Below are positions 34,897 to 46,388 of a stretch of 64,000 nucleotides of DNA, piece after piece. Position numbers and translations under genes: made by a program. This DNA is from an uncultured Methanosarcinaceae archaeon (GTDB lineage Archaea > Halobacteriota > Methanosarcinia > Methanosarcinales > Methanosarcinaceae). The notes beneath the pieces were generated by a model that worked only from the letters and a program-made list of their open reading frames with translations, was not told the DNA's origin and ran no database searches. The first letter of the stretch is position 1. Each line of letters begins with the position of its first letter. The stretch spans positions 1,098,446-1,162,445 of the forward strand of contig CAVTET010000001.1 of the NCBI GenBank assembly GCA_963733675.1. Direction: 5' to 3'.

Positions 34897-35544
34897 ATGT
34901 TCAAAAACCGCAAAGATGCAGGAGAAAAACTTGCTAAGGCTCTTGAAAAGTATAAAGCAGAAAAACCTCTAATTCTTGCTATCCCACGTGGGGGAGTGGA
35001 GGTGGGATTGCAGGTTGCAAAAAAGCTGAATGCGGCTTTTTCCCTTATCATTGCAAGGAAACTACCTTTTCCAGATAACCCTGAAACTGGATTCGGGGCA
35101 ATAGCCGAGAACGGGAGCACTTTCATCCTTGAAAATGCGTATTACTGGCTCTCAGGAGAAAATATCGAGAAAATCAAGCAACAGCAGATTGCAGAAATCG
35201 AGAGACGCGTAAAAGTTCTAAGAGGAAAACATCCTTTGCCCGAGATAAAAGGAAGAACTGTGATACTTATCGATGACGGCATTGCAATGGGTTCTACAAT
35301 GAGAGCAGCGATTGAACTTTGCAAAAAAAGGGAAGCTAGAAAAATTGTGGTAGCAGTACCTGTAATTGGAAAGGAGGTTGCAGTAGAGATTGAGAAAAAA
35401 GTCGACGAACTTGTAGTGCTTGAAATTCCTCGAAACTTCAGGGCTATTGCAGAGGCTTATGAGAAATGGTACGATGTCTCGGATGGGGAAGTTCTCGACC
35501 TGCTCAGAGAACAAGTATATGAGAAAAAAGCTGAAAGGTCGTAA
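34897..35544 (+). CDS. Phosphoribosyltransferase family protein
   Basis: MFKNRKDAG, AIPRGG, VILIDDGIAMGSTM PRPP loop; GGTGGAG RBS before ATG 34897. Confidence 0.9.
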   Translation: MFKNRKDAGEKLAKALEKYKAEKPLILAIPRGGVEVGLQVAKKLNAAFSLIIARKLPFPDNPETGFGAIAENGSTFILENAYYWLSGENIEKIKQQQIAEIERRVKVLRGKHPLPEIKGRTVILIDDGIAMGSTMRAAIELCKKREARKIVVAVPVIGKEVAVEIEKKVDELVVLEIPRNFRAIAEAYEKWYDVSDGEVLDLLREQVYEKKAERS

Positions 35545-36238
35545 TTTCGATATACTCGAAGTCTGAAAGAAGTTATTTTTTAGTTAAATATAAATTTACG
35601 TAGTTGAAATGAAAATCAATAGCATTAAATCTTCAACTGCCTAATTGTAAATTTGGCCATAATATCTATTCTTCCTTAAAATTGGAGGAGGGATACATGA
35701 ACACAAGGTCCAAAATAGAATAACTGTCAGTAGAGATGCAAAACTTTAGGCCAAAATCCTTTGCTGAAGAAATAAGCTCACTATTAATGTCAAACCTATA
35801 ATTTTGATAAACTCCTAGATTTAGTCATATACTTATAAATAGTAGATAAACAACTCGTGAAAATCAGAAGTTTATCGAAATTCTCTAAATTACTACGGTA
35901 TAAATGCTTCACAAAGCCTTTGAATTTGATAAACTGGAATTACCAAAAAATGCTTTCTTAAACAGTTTGCCAGAATAAATAAATTTAGAATCTGGATTGG
36001 ATTATTTGGTTTGTGGAATCTAAAAAATTAAAAAAGTTTCACAGCGAAATTATTCCAATATAAGATATCTTTTTGATGACTTTTAAATGGGTGATATTTT
36101 ATTTTAATGAGTAGTATTGATAGGGAACTTTAAAAGAATTTTTTCTGAAATTTGAATATTTTAACATTTTTGAACGCTATCTATTGAAAAATTCAGATCA
36201 CTCAAATGTTCAACAGGAATCATAAAAGGGTGTTATGC

Positions 36239-37678
36239 ATGGATACTGAAAATCAATTTTCTGAGAAAAGTGAGATCAATTTGGGGTATGATGTTATAAT
36301 TATAGGAGCAGGGCCTGCTGGGATGTTTGCAGCCTACGAGCTCTCTATGACCCATTTGCTCAAAATACTTATTGTGGATATGGGCAGAGATATAGAAAAA
36401 CGCTTGTGTCCAATGAAGGCTCATACCTACTGCATGCACTGTATTCCGTGTGACATTATGTGTGGGGTAGGAGGCTGCGGGACTTTTTCAGATGGAACTC
36501 TGAACTTGAGGCCAGATGTGGGAGGGGATCTGTCAGCTCTGACAGGAGATCATATTGAAGCTTGGGAACTTGTTAAAAAAGTAGATAATGTTTTCCTTGG
36601 ATTCGGAGCTCCCCATGAAGTCATGCTGTCTGAAGGGCCGGATATCGAGGAGCTAAAGCGAAGAGCTGCATCTGTAGGAGCCCGTTTTATCGAGATAAAA
36701 CAGCGACACATAGGTTCGGATAATGCTCCTGCAGTAATAGGGCGCTTCAAACAGGATCTCATTAATAAAGGAGTGGACTTCATGCTTGAAACAGAGGTAA
36801 AAGACCTTCTGATCGAAGAAGGAGCCTCAAAAGGTGTTATACTTTCTAGTGGGCAGCTAATTCCCGCTCGTTACGTCCTCCTATCTCCAGGGCGAAGAGG
36901 CTGCAATTGGGTTTCGGAAATGATTGAAAAACATGGGATAAAAGCTCGATATGGTGGAATTGACATAGGTGTAAGAGTAGAAATTCCTGCAATTGTTATG
37001 GATCCAGTAACGAAAATCAACCGCGACCCTAAGTTTCACATCCAGACCCGCCGCTATGATGATTTTGTTCGGACTTTTTGTACCAATAAGCATGGCTTTG
37101 TAGTAAAAGAAGAATATGAGGATTTTATAGCAACCAATGGCCACTCTCTGACAAACATAGAATCGGAAAATACAAATTTTGCTTTCCTTGTGCGTGTTGA
37201 ACTTACCGAGCCGATAGAAAATACCACTAAATATGCTCGTTCAATTGCAAAGCTTGCAACTACAATCGGAGGGGGAAAACCGGTTCTACAGCGCATGGGA
37301 GATCTTAGGCGCGGCCGAAGATCCACAAAAGAACGCATTGTTAAAAATCTTGTTGTAAATACGCTCAAAGATGTCACTCCCGGTGATATCTCAATGGCTC
37401 TGCCTCACAGAATAGTTATGGATATAATCGAAGGTCTTGAGACCTTAAACGAGATCATCCCGGGTGTTACTTCAGACTCAACTCTACTGTACGCTCCTGA
37501 AGTCAAGTTCTACGCAATGCACCTAAACGTAGACAGGCAAATGGAAACCAGTATCAAAAACCTTTTTGCTGCAGGAGACGGTGCAGGACTTTCAAGGGAC
37601 ATAGTCAATGCAGCTGCTACTGGAATTATGGCAGCTGAAGGGATAATCATGAGGGAGAAAACAGTAAACGCTGAATAA
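36239..37678 (+). CDS. NAD(P)/FAD-dependent oxidoreductase
   Basis: IIGAGPAG, CPM..CMHCIPC, GGCGTFSDG, TFCTN, AGDGAG; ORF open from 36206. Confidence 0.9.
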   Translation: MDTENQFSEKSEINLGYDVIIIGAGPAGMFAAYELSMTHLLKILIVDMGRDIEKRLCPMKAHTYCMHCIPCDIMCGVGGCGTFSDGTLNLRPDVGGDLSALTGDHIEAWELVKKVDNVFLGFGAPHEVMLSEGPDIEELKRRAASVGARFIEIKQRHIGSDNAPAVIGRFKQDLINKGVDFMLETEVKDLLIEEGASKGVILSSGQLIPARYVLLSPGRRGCNWVSEMIEKHGIKARYGGIDIGVRVEIPAIVMDPVTKINRDPKFHIQTRRYDDFVRTFCTNKHGFVVKEEYEDFIATNGHSLTNIESENTNFAFLVRVELTEPIENTTKYARSIAKLATTIGGGKPVLQRMGDLRRGRRSTKERIVKNLVVNTLKDVTPGDISMALPHRIVMDIIEGLETLNEIIPGVTSDSTLLYAPEVKFYAMHLNVDRQMETSIKNLFAAGDGAGLSRDIVNAAATGIMAAEGIIMREKTVNAE

Positions 37679-37780
37679 AGGGAGACCTAGAAAAAAAATG
37701 ATTGAAAAATAATGACGGGGATACTAGATCTCCTACATCCTAACTACTAATAGAAAGCCTATCCAAGATTTTATGAAACT

Positions 37781-38401
37781 TCATAGATGGAGCATTAAAT
37801 CTCTAGCTTGATCTAATAAACTCTTTCTCGCTAACAACAGGTATGGTTTAATGCTACTTGGTCCAACTCCAGAATCGAAAGCCGCGTCTTTTATATATAT
37901 GATATTAAAAAGTGGCGTGAAAGTATGCTCTATTTCAGCTTTTGAAATCCGCCTGGGCCCGTAGTCTCCTGGCTCTTTATCCGAGAAACAGAGCATGAAA
38001 TATTTGCCGCCTGGTTTTAGCACTCTATGTATCTGCCATGCAAAAACTGGCCTTTCATCATCCGTCATCACATGAAACAAAACCGAATCAATAACGATAT
38101 CAAATTCAGCTTCTGTGAATAATCGGTCCATCTGTAATATATTTCCAACTACAAAATTCACCTTAACATTATGTTTTATAGCTTTTGCTTTTGCATCGTT
38201 GGTAGCATCTTCAACAATGTCTACACCTGTAACATCACACCCATTTATGGCTAACATTATTGCATTATCACCCCGGCCACATCCGATATCCAGAGCTCTT
38301 CCAGGCTTAATTTCTCCGTTCTTTATAAGAGCTTCGAAAACTGACTGGGGGTGACCGATATCCCATGGTGGTGTACCCTTGTATGCTTCATTCCAATCCA
38401 A
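37781..38401 (-). CDS. Class I SAM-dependent methyltransferase
   Basis: PPWDIG, ALDIGCGRG, VLKPGG. Confidence 0.88.
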   Translation of the reverse strand: MDWNEAYKGTPPWDIGHPQSVFEALIKNGEIKPGRALDIGCGRGDNAIMLAINGCDVTGVDIVEDATNDAKAKAIKHNVKVNFVVGNILQMDRLFTEAEFDIVIDSVLFHVMTDDERPVFAWQIHRVLKPGGKYFMLCFSDKEPGDYGPRRISKAEIEHTFTPLFNIIYIKDAAFDSGVGPSSIKPYLLLARKSLLDQARDLMLHL

Positions 38402-38804
38402 AATAATCTTCTCACGACCAAAAATTCAATTCCCATTTTGATTACAGATAAATATTTTGCTAATTGATCATTGTATACTTTTAGCTTTCCCCGAATAAAA
38501 TTATCTGATTAACCATAGCACAGTTTTCTTAAAATAAAAAATTTTATACTCTTTTTTGCGTTTTTAATTCATTACAGAACTGTATGCTAAAAAGTTTAGT
38601 AAAAACGACTGTTTTTCACTGTTTCTACCGTTATAAAATGAGATTTCGTGGTTACGTCAATGCATAGATTTTGCTATAAAAACTGTGCATAAATGAAACA
38701 ATCAAAATACAAATTTGTTAGTAGAATAATTTGCCATTAATCATGCTTTTCTGTAGCAAAAGAAAAAAAATTAATTAATCATTAATAAATAGATGAACTT
38801 AAAT

Positions 38805-39656
38805 GCATCCTTGCATGGTCTGTACTCGCCCATGAAACTGCCGGGCATGACATTCTTCATGCAGACGATGGCCTCCTTCCAGAAATGGTCAATACTGTCA
38901 GAGATGAGCTTATGAAGGGGAATGTTAATCCAAAGCTGCCCGATTACTGGGCAGATAGGATCGATGAGACCGGTTCCGCTGTCATGGGCATACTGAACAT
39001 GGGGTCAGTTGTCGGAATAGGCATCATTGGCTACTTTAGGGGTCTGGAAAAAGCCTGGGGCGGCGATGGGAATGCTAAGGAATATTGGCGATCCAGACCC
39101 GTCAAAAGATCCTCATCCCATAGATATTCTCCGCGAATATCTGGCTGCCTCTGTAGTTAGGCGCCTTATCTTCACCGGAGCCGAAGAGTGGGCAAAGGCC
39201 ATCGAGGCTGAGATAGATAAAGACCTTCATACAATAAGTTTTGGCATGACCATTATCAGCGCCGAGGACGCCAAAAAATCTTCAGACATTGTAGCTGAGG
39301 TTCTGGTAAATACAAAGATGAAGAGCCTGGAAAACCACGCTTTGAGCGAGATCCAGAACTGACACGATCTTGACGAAGGGATTATGGGAGAGATGCGAAC
39401 TCTCTTGATGAAGCTTAGTCCTTTGCCGACAAATTTAGCTGAGGGAATCTATGCTGCCCACGTTGTGGCTGCGGCGGTAACAGCAGCCCTCGAAAAGAAT
39501 GCTGATGTAGCTATAATCTTCGACTGTATGTTGGGCATGTTGAAGACTATGCATGATACGAACTCGCCTTGGGGCCCACTCTACGTAGTGCACCCAGGCA
39601 ACTTAAGTTCTTATAGAACTTATGTTCCTTTTGAGGAAGAGGGGATTCCTGAGTAA
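38805..39656 (+). pseudogene. Hypothetical protein (HExxGH metallo-like motif), 5'-truncated and broken
   Basis: WSVLAHETAGHDILHADDGLL upstream of 38885, then ORFs 38885..39160, 39027..39362, 39384..39656; visibly higher GC. Confidence 0.6.
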
Positions 39657-39741
39657 GGCATCCATCTCCTTTGTTTTTTAAATAATGTCCCCTAACTATA
39701 AAATTTTTCAGCTTGTTTCGAGTTCACCTCATAGATAAAGG

Positions 39742-39890
39742 GGTTCTGGTGTAAAAAATCTGGCTTTGTTGCAAAATCAATGAAAACTTTACAATCAGGA
39801 AATTTAATCAATATCATCAAGGGAAAAATGATACACAAAGATCAGAATTATAGTATCAACCTGCAGAAATACTATTTTTGCACCAGAACC
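39742..39890 (+). mobile_element. IS6-type MITE (149 bp)
   Basis: GGTTCTGGTGTAAAAA ... TTTTTGCACCAGAACC. Confidence 0.9.
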
Positions 39891-39934
39891 ATAATTTTAA
39901 ACTGGAAACGAATATCAATAGGAGAAATAACATT

Positions 39935-40549
39935 ATGGGAACATTCAAAGGGCTTGTATATATAAAAAATGGGAGGATTGGAACAAAAAGTGAAGGTCCA
40001 GATTATTATCTCCAGACGTTTAACAAGTAGTACCTGTTAAAGCATGCAAACAAGGGTCTATGGGAACTGGATTACTACTTGGAGTTTTTCTGCCGTAAAT
40101 TTGTTGATGTGAATGGCGAATATGATAAAGAGACAAATACAATAAATGTAAAGAAGATAGATGAAATCTGTGTGAAGAGCATCCCTCAAAATCATATTAC
40201 AAATATTGAATGGCATTGGGCAGGTTTCCAGAAATCTAGCAACTCAGAAAACAAAACCATTGTGCCTGATCCCGAGAATTACACGCTTGCCTTCTTTACT
40301 GACGGCACATATTATATCAAAGCCGACTGCAACAGAGGTGATGGAAACTATACTCTGAAAGGAGACAGCCTCAATCTTGATCCGGCTGAAATAACGCGTA
40401 TGATGTGTGGACCTGATTCTATGGATCGTGAATATCTAGCGCTTTTATTAGATGTAAAATCAGAAACTATTAAGGATGGACAGCTTATCCTATATACCAG
40501 TGAAAGTAACACAATGTTCTTTAACAACGGAGGAGGGGCTAAACAGTAA
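39935..40549 (+). CDS. META (HslJ-like) domain protein with one in-frame TAG (40028-40030)
   Basis: AGGAGA RBS, ATG 39935 in frame with ORF 40079..40549; YTLAF...ADCNRG...TRMMC...S.D..YL..L META pattern; may be a pseudogene. Confidence 0.65.
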
Positions 40550-40577
40550 ATTTGATTTTAAAGCAACTTCCTACATT

Positions 40578-40726
40578 GGTTCTGGTGCAAAAATAGTATT
40601 TCTGCAGGTTGATACTATAATTCTGATCTTTGTGTATCATTTTTCCCTTGATGATATTGATTAAATTTCCTGATTGTAAAGTTTTCATTGATTTTGCAAC
40701 AAAGCCAGATTTTTTACACCAGAACC
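40578..40726 (-). mobile_element. IS6-type MITE (149 bp), exact inverted copy of 39742..39890
   Basis: Reverse complement read as identical. Confidence 0.9.
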
Positions 40727-40880
40727 TAAATTTCGGTAATTTTGTCTCCAACTAACTGAAGAAGTTTGTATATTTCTTTAAGAGCAAAATCAGTAAGAAT
40801 TTTCATAAGTAGAAATTATTGTCAAGAGATTCAAACTCTTCAATTTTCAAATACATAGGAGTTTATCGAAACTCTCTAAA
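40727..40880 (-). mobile_element. IS5-family left-end relic cut by the MITE
   Basis: Colinear with 11800..11955. Confidence 0.6.
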
Positions 40881-40977
40881 TTTTAAAACGATTTATTTTA
40901 TTATTTCAAATGGATTATTAAAGACTTTATAATATGGTTAGTATATTAGTTCCTGTTATCAATTCATTGTTGGCTAT

Positions 40978-41740
40978 TTAGTTATGACTAGTCAATGAAG
41001 TCCCAAGGATACCCAATTCTCCTTGAGTACCATTGCCAGCATTAGCTGCGATGCCGAATATGTAGTGAATATTATAATAAACATTGTTTGCGATCAGTAT
41101 TTGATTTTTATCCCAGAATATACCATTCGGGTTAATAAAATTCACTAAAAAAGTCCCCACTGCAGTAGGTTGCAAGACTTTCGTAGCTGTGGCAGTAGAA
41201 TTGTTATAATTCAGTACATAATCGCCTGATTGAGGAGAGGTATGAGAACCACCTGTAGAAGTATCAATCCACATTCCAATTGTTGTTATATTTGTAATGT
41301 CATTCTGAGTATGGATTGTTTGATCTCCTCCCTTTTGTGTAAAAATACCTGTACCAACAGCATCTGTGAAATTATCTAATGATACATTTAAAGTATCCTG
41401 TTCCTCCAGTATTTGTGACATTAACCACGAACTCCGCGTTTTGTCCTGGAATTAAGCCGCCAGCATAACAGTTAATAGGGATCGTTGGCTTTAGACTTGG
41501 TAAAGGAACTGCAGTTGATGTCGCAATAACAGTGTTTGAGATGGTATTCTGGTTTGTTGAATACGCTAAATTGATCACAGAACCAGCACCAAGGTCTGAC
41601 TGCTGGATTGTGTAGTTTGCTGTTCCTGTAACATTTTTCCCTACGTTAAGACCGTTACTGGTTATATTGAATGTTCCAGTTTTGTTGTCTGTAACCGTAA
41701 TATTTCCTGTGAGATCCACATTTCCTGAGTTTTTAGTGTC
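40978..41740 (-). pseudogene. Surface protein with Ig-like repeat domains, frameshifted fragment
   Basis: NSGNVDLTGNITVTD...YTIQQSDLGAGSVINLA; VNVTNTG; no start or signal peptide. Confidence 0.6.
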
Positions 41741-41847
41741 AAAATATTTTCCTATTCCCCCCTTCCAAAAATGGAATCTTCTAACATTAATTCATTCAAC
41801 CTCATGAGTTTTAAAATTGCTAAATATTCTTCACTCTTTTTTATAAA

Positions 41848-43083
41848 TTAGGTCCCACATTCCCAATCGTTCATATAACACTCCTGCTCGGAAGTGAGCT
41901 TATCAATGGTTATGCCCATTGACTCTAACTTCATTTTTGCTACATACATGTCGATTCCTTGAGGTACCCTATGCACCCCATTTAGGAGTTTGTTCTCTGC
42001 AATATAGCGTACACAAAGAGCTTGATTTGCAAAGCTCATGTCCATAACCTCAGCGGGGTGTCCATCTCCTGCAGCTAGGTTGACAAGCCTGCCTTCAGCT
42101 ATAACATTGATGTGCCGGTTGTCGATATAGTATTCAGTTATGTTGTGCCTGACTTCTCGCGCTGATTTTGCATGGGAAACAAGGGCTTCCATATCTATTT
42201 CTACATTGAAATGTCCGGAATTTGCAAGGATTGCTCCGTCCTGCATGACTTTAAAATTTTCGTATGTGAGGATGTCGCGGTTTCCGGTAGTAGTAACAAA
42301 AATATCACCCAACTTTGCAGCATCGGCCATTTTCATGATCCTGTACCCGTCCATCTTGGCTTCAAGAGCTCTGATAGGGTCTACCTCAGTGACAATTACG
42401 CTTGCCCCAAGACCTGAAGCCCGCATTGCAACCCCGCGCCCACACCATCCATAGCCAGCAACAACGACATTTTTCCCTGCAACCAGAAGATTTGTGGTCC
42501 TGTTAATCCCGTCCCAGGTTGATTGTCCCGTTCCGTAGCGGTTGTCAAAAAGATATTTGGTCCTGGCGTCATTTACTGCAATTACAGGCATTTTCAAGGC
42601 TCCTTCTTTTTCCATTGCATGAAGCCGATGAACTCCTGTGGTTGTTTCCTCGCAACCGCCGAGAATATCCGGAAGCATGTCGATCCTTTCTTTGTGAAGC
42701 TTAAAAATAAGATCTGCTCCGTCATCGATTGTGATGTCAGGTTTAGAGTCAAGGACTCTATCAATAGCTTCGTAATATTCACTGTTGCTGCACCCATATT
42801 TTGCAAAACAGTCTATTTTCTCACGGGTATCAAGGGCCTTAGCTACATCATCCTGTGTACTAAGGGGATTGCAGCCAGTTATGAATACCTTTGCACCACC
42901 TGCAACTAGAGTCTCTACAAGGACTGCGGTTTTTGCTTCTACATGAAGGGCCATCCCAACCTTCAGTCCATGCAGAGGTTTTTCTTTCTCGAATTTACCC
43001 TTGATGATCGCAAGTACAGGCATATGATTCCTTGCCCATTCCATTTTCATGTTTCCAGATTCGGTGAGTTTTGTTTCTGTCAT
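41848..43083 (-). CDS. ahcY: Adenosylhomocysteinase
   Basis: GCNPLSTQD, EETTTG, FDNRYGTG, GYGWCGRG, GHPAEVMDMSF. Confidence 0.97.
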   Translation of the reverse strand: MTETKLTESGNMKMEWARNHMPVLAIIKGKFEKEKPLHGLKVGMALHVEAKTAVLVETLVAGGAKVFITGCNPLSTQDDVAKALDTREKIDCFAKYGCSNSEYYEAIDRVLDSKPDITIDDGADLIFKLHKERIDMLPDILGGCEETTTGVHRLHAMEKEGALKMPVIAVNDARTKYLFDNRYGTGQSTWDGINRTTNLLVAGKNVVVAGYGWCGRGVAMRASGLGASVIVTEVDPIRALEAKMDGYRIMKMADAAKLGDIFVTTTGNRDILTYENFKVMQDGAILANSGHFNVEIDMEALVSHAKSAREVRHNITEYYIDNRHINVIAEGRLVNLAAGDGHPAEVMDMSFANQALCVRYIAENKLLNGVHRVPQGIDMYVAKMKLESMGITIDKLTSEQECYMNDWECGT

Positions 43084-43477
43084 GTTGATCCCGTTATATG
43101 GCTATGGAGTTTAATTCGATTACTATGTTCGGTAAGTTGGTAGGATTGCTTTTTCTTCTTTCCTCAAGGATCAGAGAAATCAATTGCCTGCAGACCCTCT
43201 CCAATTAACTGAGCTTAAAGTTGCCTCTCACTTTACTAAGGAATCTATCTACCTTTTCAGATGTCAACCAAGGAATTGCATACTATCATTGTTAATTTTG
43301 GGGAAAAGCGTTTCATCTTCTCATAATCAGCTCTTAAAAGTCTCCCTATCTAGATAAAAATTATTATCAGGATTATCCCACATATAGCATTAAATTTTGG
43401 TGGCAGAGAAAGATGAGAGTATTAAATACGGGATTTATATTAACTCTGCTTTTCATGAGTCATTTATATCAAATTTA

Positions 43478-43750
43478 CAAGCATATGACGAAATTTAGTT
43501 ATTTATCAAGATTTCCATAGTTTCAAACGTATTTATTTACACTAGAGCCACCTGAGGTTCTATAATCATGATTAGAAAAGAAAAGATTACAAGAAAACGG
43601 TTTTTTTATTTTTTCTTCATTTCCAAGTGCTTTCAGTGGTTAAACTTTGCATTTAAGAAAATTTAACTAAATTCCTAAATTTTGTCATATGCTTATAAAT
43701 GGTATATTAAAGATTCGTGAAAATCAGATGTTTATAGAAATCCTTTAAGT
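43478..43750. repeat. Inverted-repeat-bounded IS-end relic
   Basis: GCATATGACGAAATTTAG (~43481) vs CTAAATTTTGTCATATGC (~43676), then GAAAATCAGA.GTTTAT.GAAA as at ~17490 and ~35860. Confidence 0.5.
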
Positions 43751-44810
43751 TTAGTGAGAGATGTATATCCTTCGCTATAAATTCATTTCCCTATGTTTTT
43801 GAAATGCTAATTTTTACGGTGAAGTTTATAGAGGATTCCAATTTCCCTCTAATTTTTTCTTCGAGAGAATTCTTTTCAAATCTTTCTCGCAAATTTCTTT
43901 ATTTGACCCGATTTTTCTATTCTGGTTCATTATCCTTTGATTTTAAAGATAACTTTAGCTATTCTAAAAATACTTTTTTTATTTTCAATGCCACAATTGA
44001 TAGAGATTATAATAAAATATGTACACAACATCTTCAGATTTACTCTTTGAACAGTAGTGATAAGAACTTTTCCGGCTTTGAATATCTTTTTAGCTCCGGC
44101 ATAATTAGTTCCCTTATATTTTTTGAGCTTTTGGAAATATAGTGAACAGAAAAATATTTATGTAGGAAATTATTTTTATACTTTTCAAAACTTTACGATC
44201 GTTATATTTTCCTGACTTGAGCAATTACTCACATATAATTTCAAAAAATTGTTCATTGCACTTCCACTTGAATAAGTTTCGATCTTTCATAAATTTAGAG
44301 GCAATTGTTGATGTTCCTGAAGTTTCTTGAATAAAAAAGCGCATTAACAAAATTGGTTTAAAGAGGATATCCCAGAAGAGTTGCAGTTTCCCATATAAGA
44401 CCGTTCAGAGGCGACATCATCTAAAGCTCATCTATTCAGAATAGGATCTCTTCCAGGCAGTTCGATGATCACATACTCTTTTGTTTAATTTCCTCACTCT
44501 TTTTGACCTATTCACTTTCGTTAAAAAGTACATTGTTACCATTATTATTTTAAATTAACTCTATGAAAAATTATTTCTGCACAAAAGTTACTTTTGCATA
44601 AAAAGTTTTAAAATTGGACAACAATTTTATATTAATTATGTATTATGATACGATAATATTTCCAATCAATTAAGGAGTCAATTTCAGCAAGTTTGTCTCC
44701 AACTGACTGAAGATATTGTGTTCTTCTTTGAAAAAGGAAGATGTAGGTTAAATTTCCAATGTTTAAATGGAGCATAAGTGCATGGGAAGTTTACAAGTTA
44801 TTTTTAAAAA

Positions 44811-44942
44811 TTGAGCTTATCCCGAAAACAGTTATAACTTCACATCAATCGGAGATTCAGCAAATTTTCGTTATCTTGGACTCGACTGATCGCTCGTATT
44901 CGAAAATTCAGATCTCAATTTTGGGTTTTGAGATCAGCTCAA
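44811..44942. mobile_element. MITE (~130 bp) with IS5-like TIRs
   Basis: TTGAGCTTATCCCGAAAAC ... GTTTTGAGATCAGCTCAA. Confidence 0.65.
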
Positions 44943-45214
44943 GTATTGTGGACACTGTATAAACGAAAACGACGCCAAAATACCTTAACGATAGCTAGCT
45001 AAATAACTTGAAAGGAAAGCTAGTGCTTCGATTCCAAAATACACTCGCAAAACTGAACTTTTAAATCTATTCATTGATCAATGAATTCATCCTTCAAAAA
45101 TCTAGCAAGATTCTTAATTCTTTAGATGTGGGAAGAATGCGTAGTCTTATTAACTCCTGTTTTAGTAGAAAATTCACACGAAAGTTATAAATTTTTTGTA
45201 TGAACATACTTGCC

Positions 45215-46378
45215 ATGGAATCTACTAAAACAATACTATTGGAAATAATGATACTGATTTTGATTTAGTAGAGACTATGAAAAAATATGCAAATGGAATG
45301 AACTAAGTTTCTAGTGTGGTTTTTGATAACTGAAGAATAATCCCGGCTAGAAAGCTACAATCTATGGTTTATGCTTATCTCCGAGGAAACATCAGTTTGA
45401 AGTCTCAAGTGAGTTGTAACATTCCAAGATAAGTTGCTGGGACTTCTAAAACAATAGTAGAACTTACAAAAAGAGGAATGAGTTACTGACAAAAAGTAAC
45501 ATACTCTTCGACTTCTATGACATTTTCATATAAGAGAAATAATGCCATAACAGAAGACTCTGTGAGTATAACTACGGTTAGTCATATAGGAAAGCCTATA
45601 AAATTTGTAACTATCTCCTTATGCAGAGCAATTCTTTCGGTCTCCTTGAAAATCTGAAGCTTCTAAGTCGTGAAGCATAAGATGGTGATTATTATTTCCA
45701 TTTTACTTATCACAAGAACTTCCAGACAAGAAAATAGAAGAGGCTTTTATTTCCATGGGTATAGATCTAGGTATAATTTCTTAGCTGTAGCTTCAACTAC
45801 TGACAAGAAATGCAAATTTTTTCCGGTAGATAAATAAAAACAAAAGAGACGTATATAAAAATATGCTAGCCAGATTCAATCTAAGGGAACTTTGTCAGCT
45901 ACGAGGATGATAAAATATTTAGCTGGAAAAGAGAAGCGTCTAATGACAGAAGTTAATCATTGATCTACAAAGAAATCCTTAACCGTAATAAGTTATAGAA
46001 CTAACAACAATCTAAAGAAGAAACAAAAAGATCTCCTTAATAGTTTGGCTTTTTACCAATCACAACAATTTATTGAGTATAAAGCAAAGAGTTCAGGGTT
46101 AATAACAGAATATGTTAATCCGGAATATACTTCCAAGACTTGTTGCAGGTATAACATATCTCTAAAAATAATAGAAATGCATTTAAATTCCTATGTAAGG
46201 TTTGTAGTTTTGAACTTAGTGCCGATTTGCATGGAGCTAGAAACATCGAGCATAGAACTCAAGGCCATAGATCTCTCTTAGAGTCTCAGGGTGTCTATCA
46301 ACCATCCACCCGGATAAGTATGATCTGATTTATCAGAGGGGATATCCATGCCTGCCACTGAAGTGGCAGGTAGTTGAC
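45215..46378 (+). mobile_element. tnpB: TnpB-only IS200/IS605-family relic with intact right-end hairpin
   Basis: MESTKTI..., MGIDLGI (RuvC-I), AFYQSQQFIEYKA, VNPEYTSKTC; CCTGCCAC-TGAA-GTGGCAGG then TAGTTGAC. Confidence 0.75.
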
Positions 46379-46388
46379 AACGAGTAGC

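Noticed and set aside
39780-40751. Twin ORFs MKTLQSGNLINII...
   Set aside because: Chance frames within the two identical MITEs.
45215-46280. TnpB relic as a Cas12f CRISPR effector
   Set aside because: No repeat-spacer array or cas genes nearby; has an IS605-type end.
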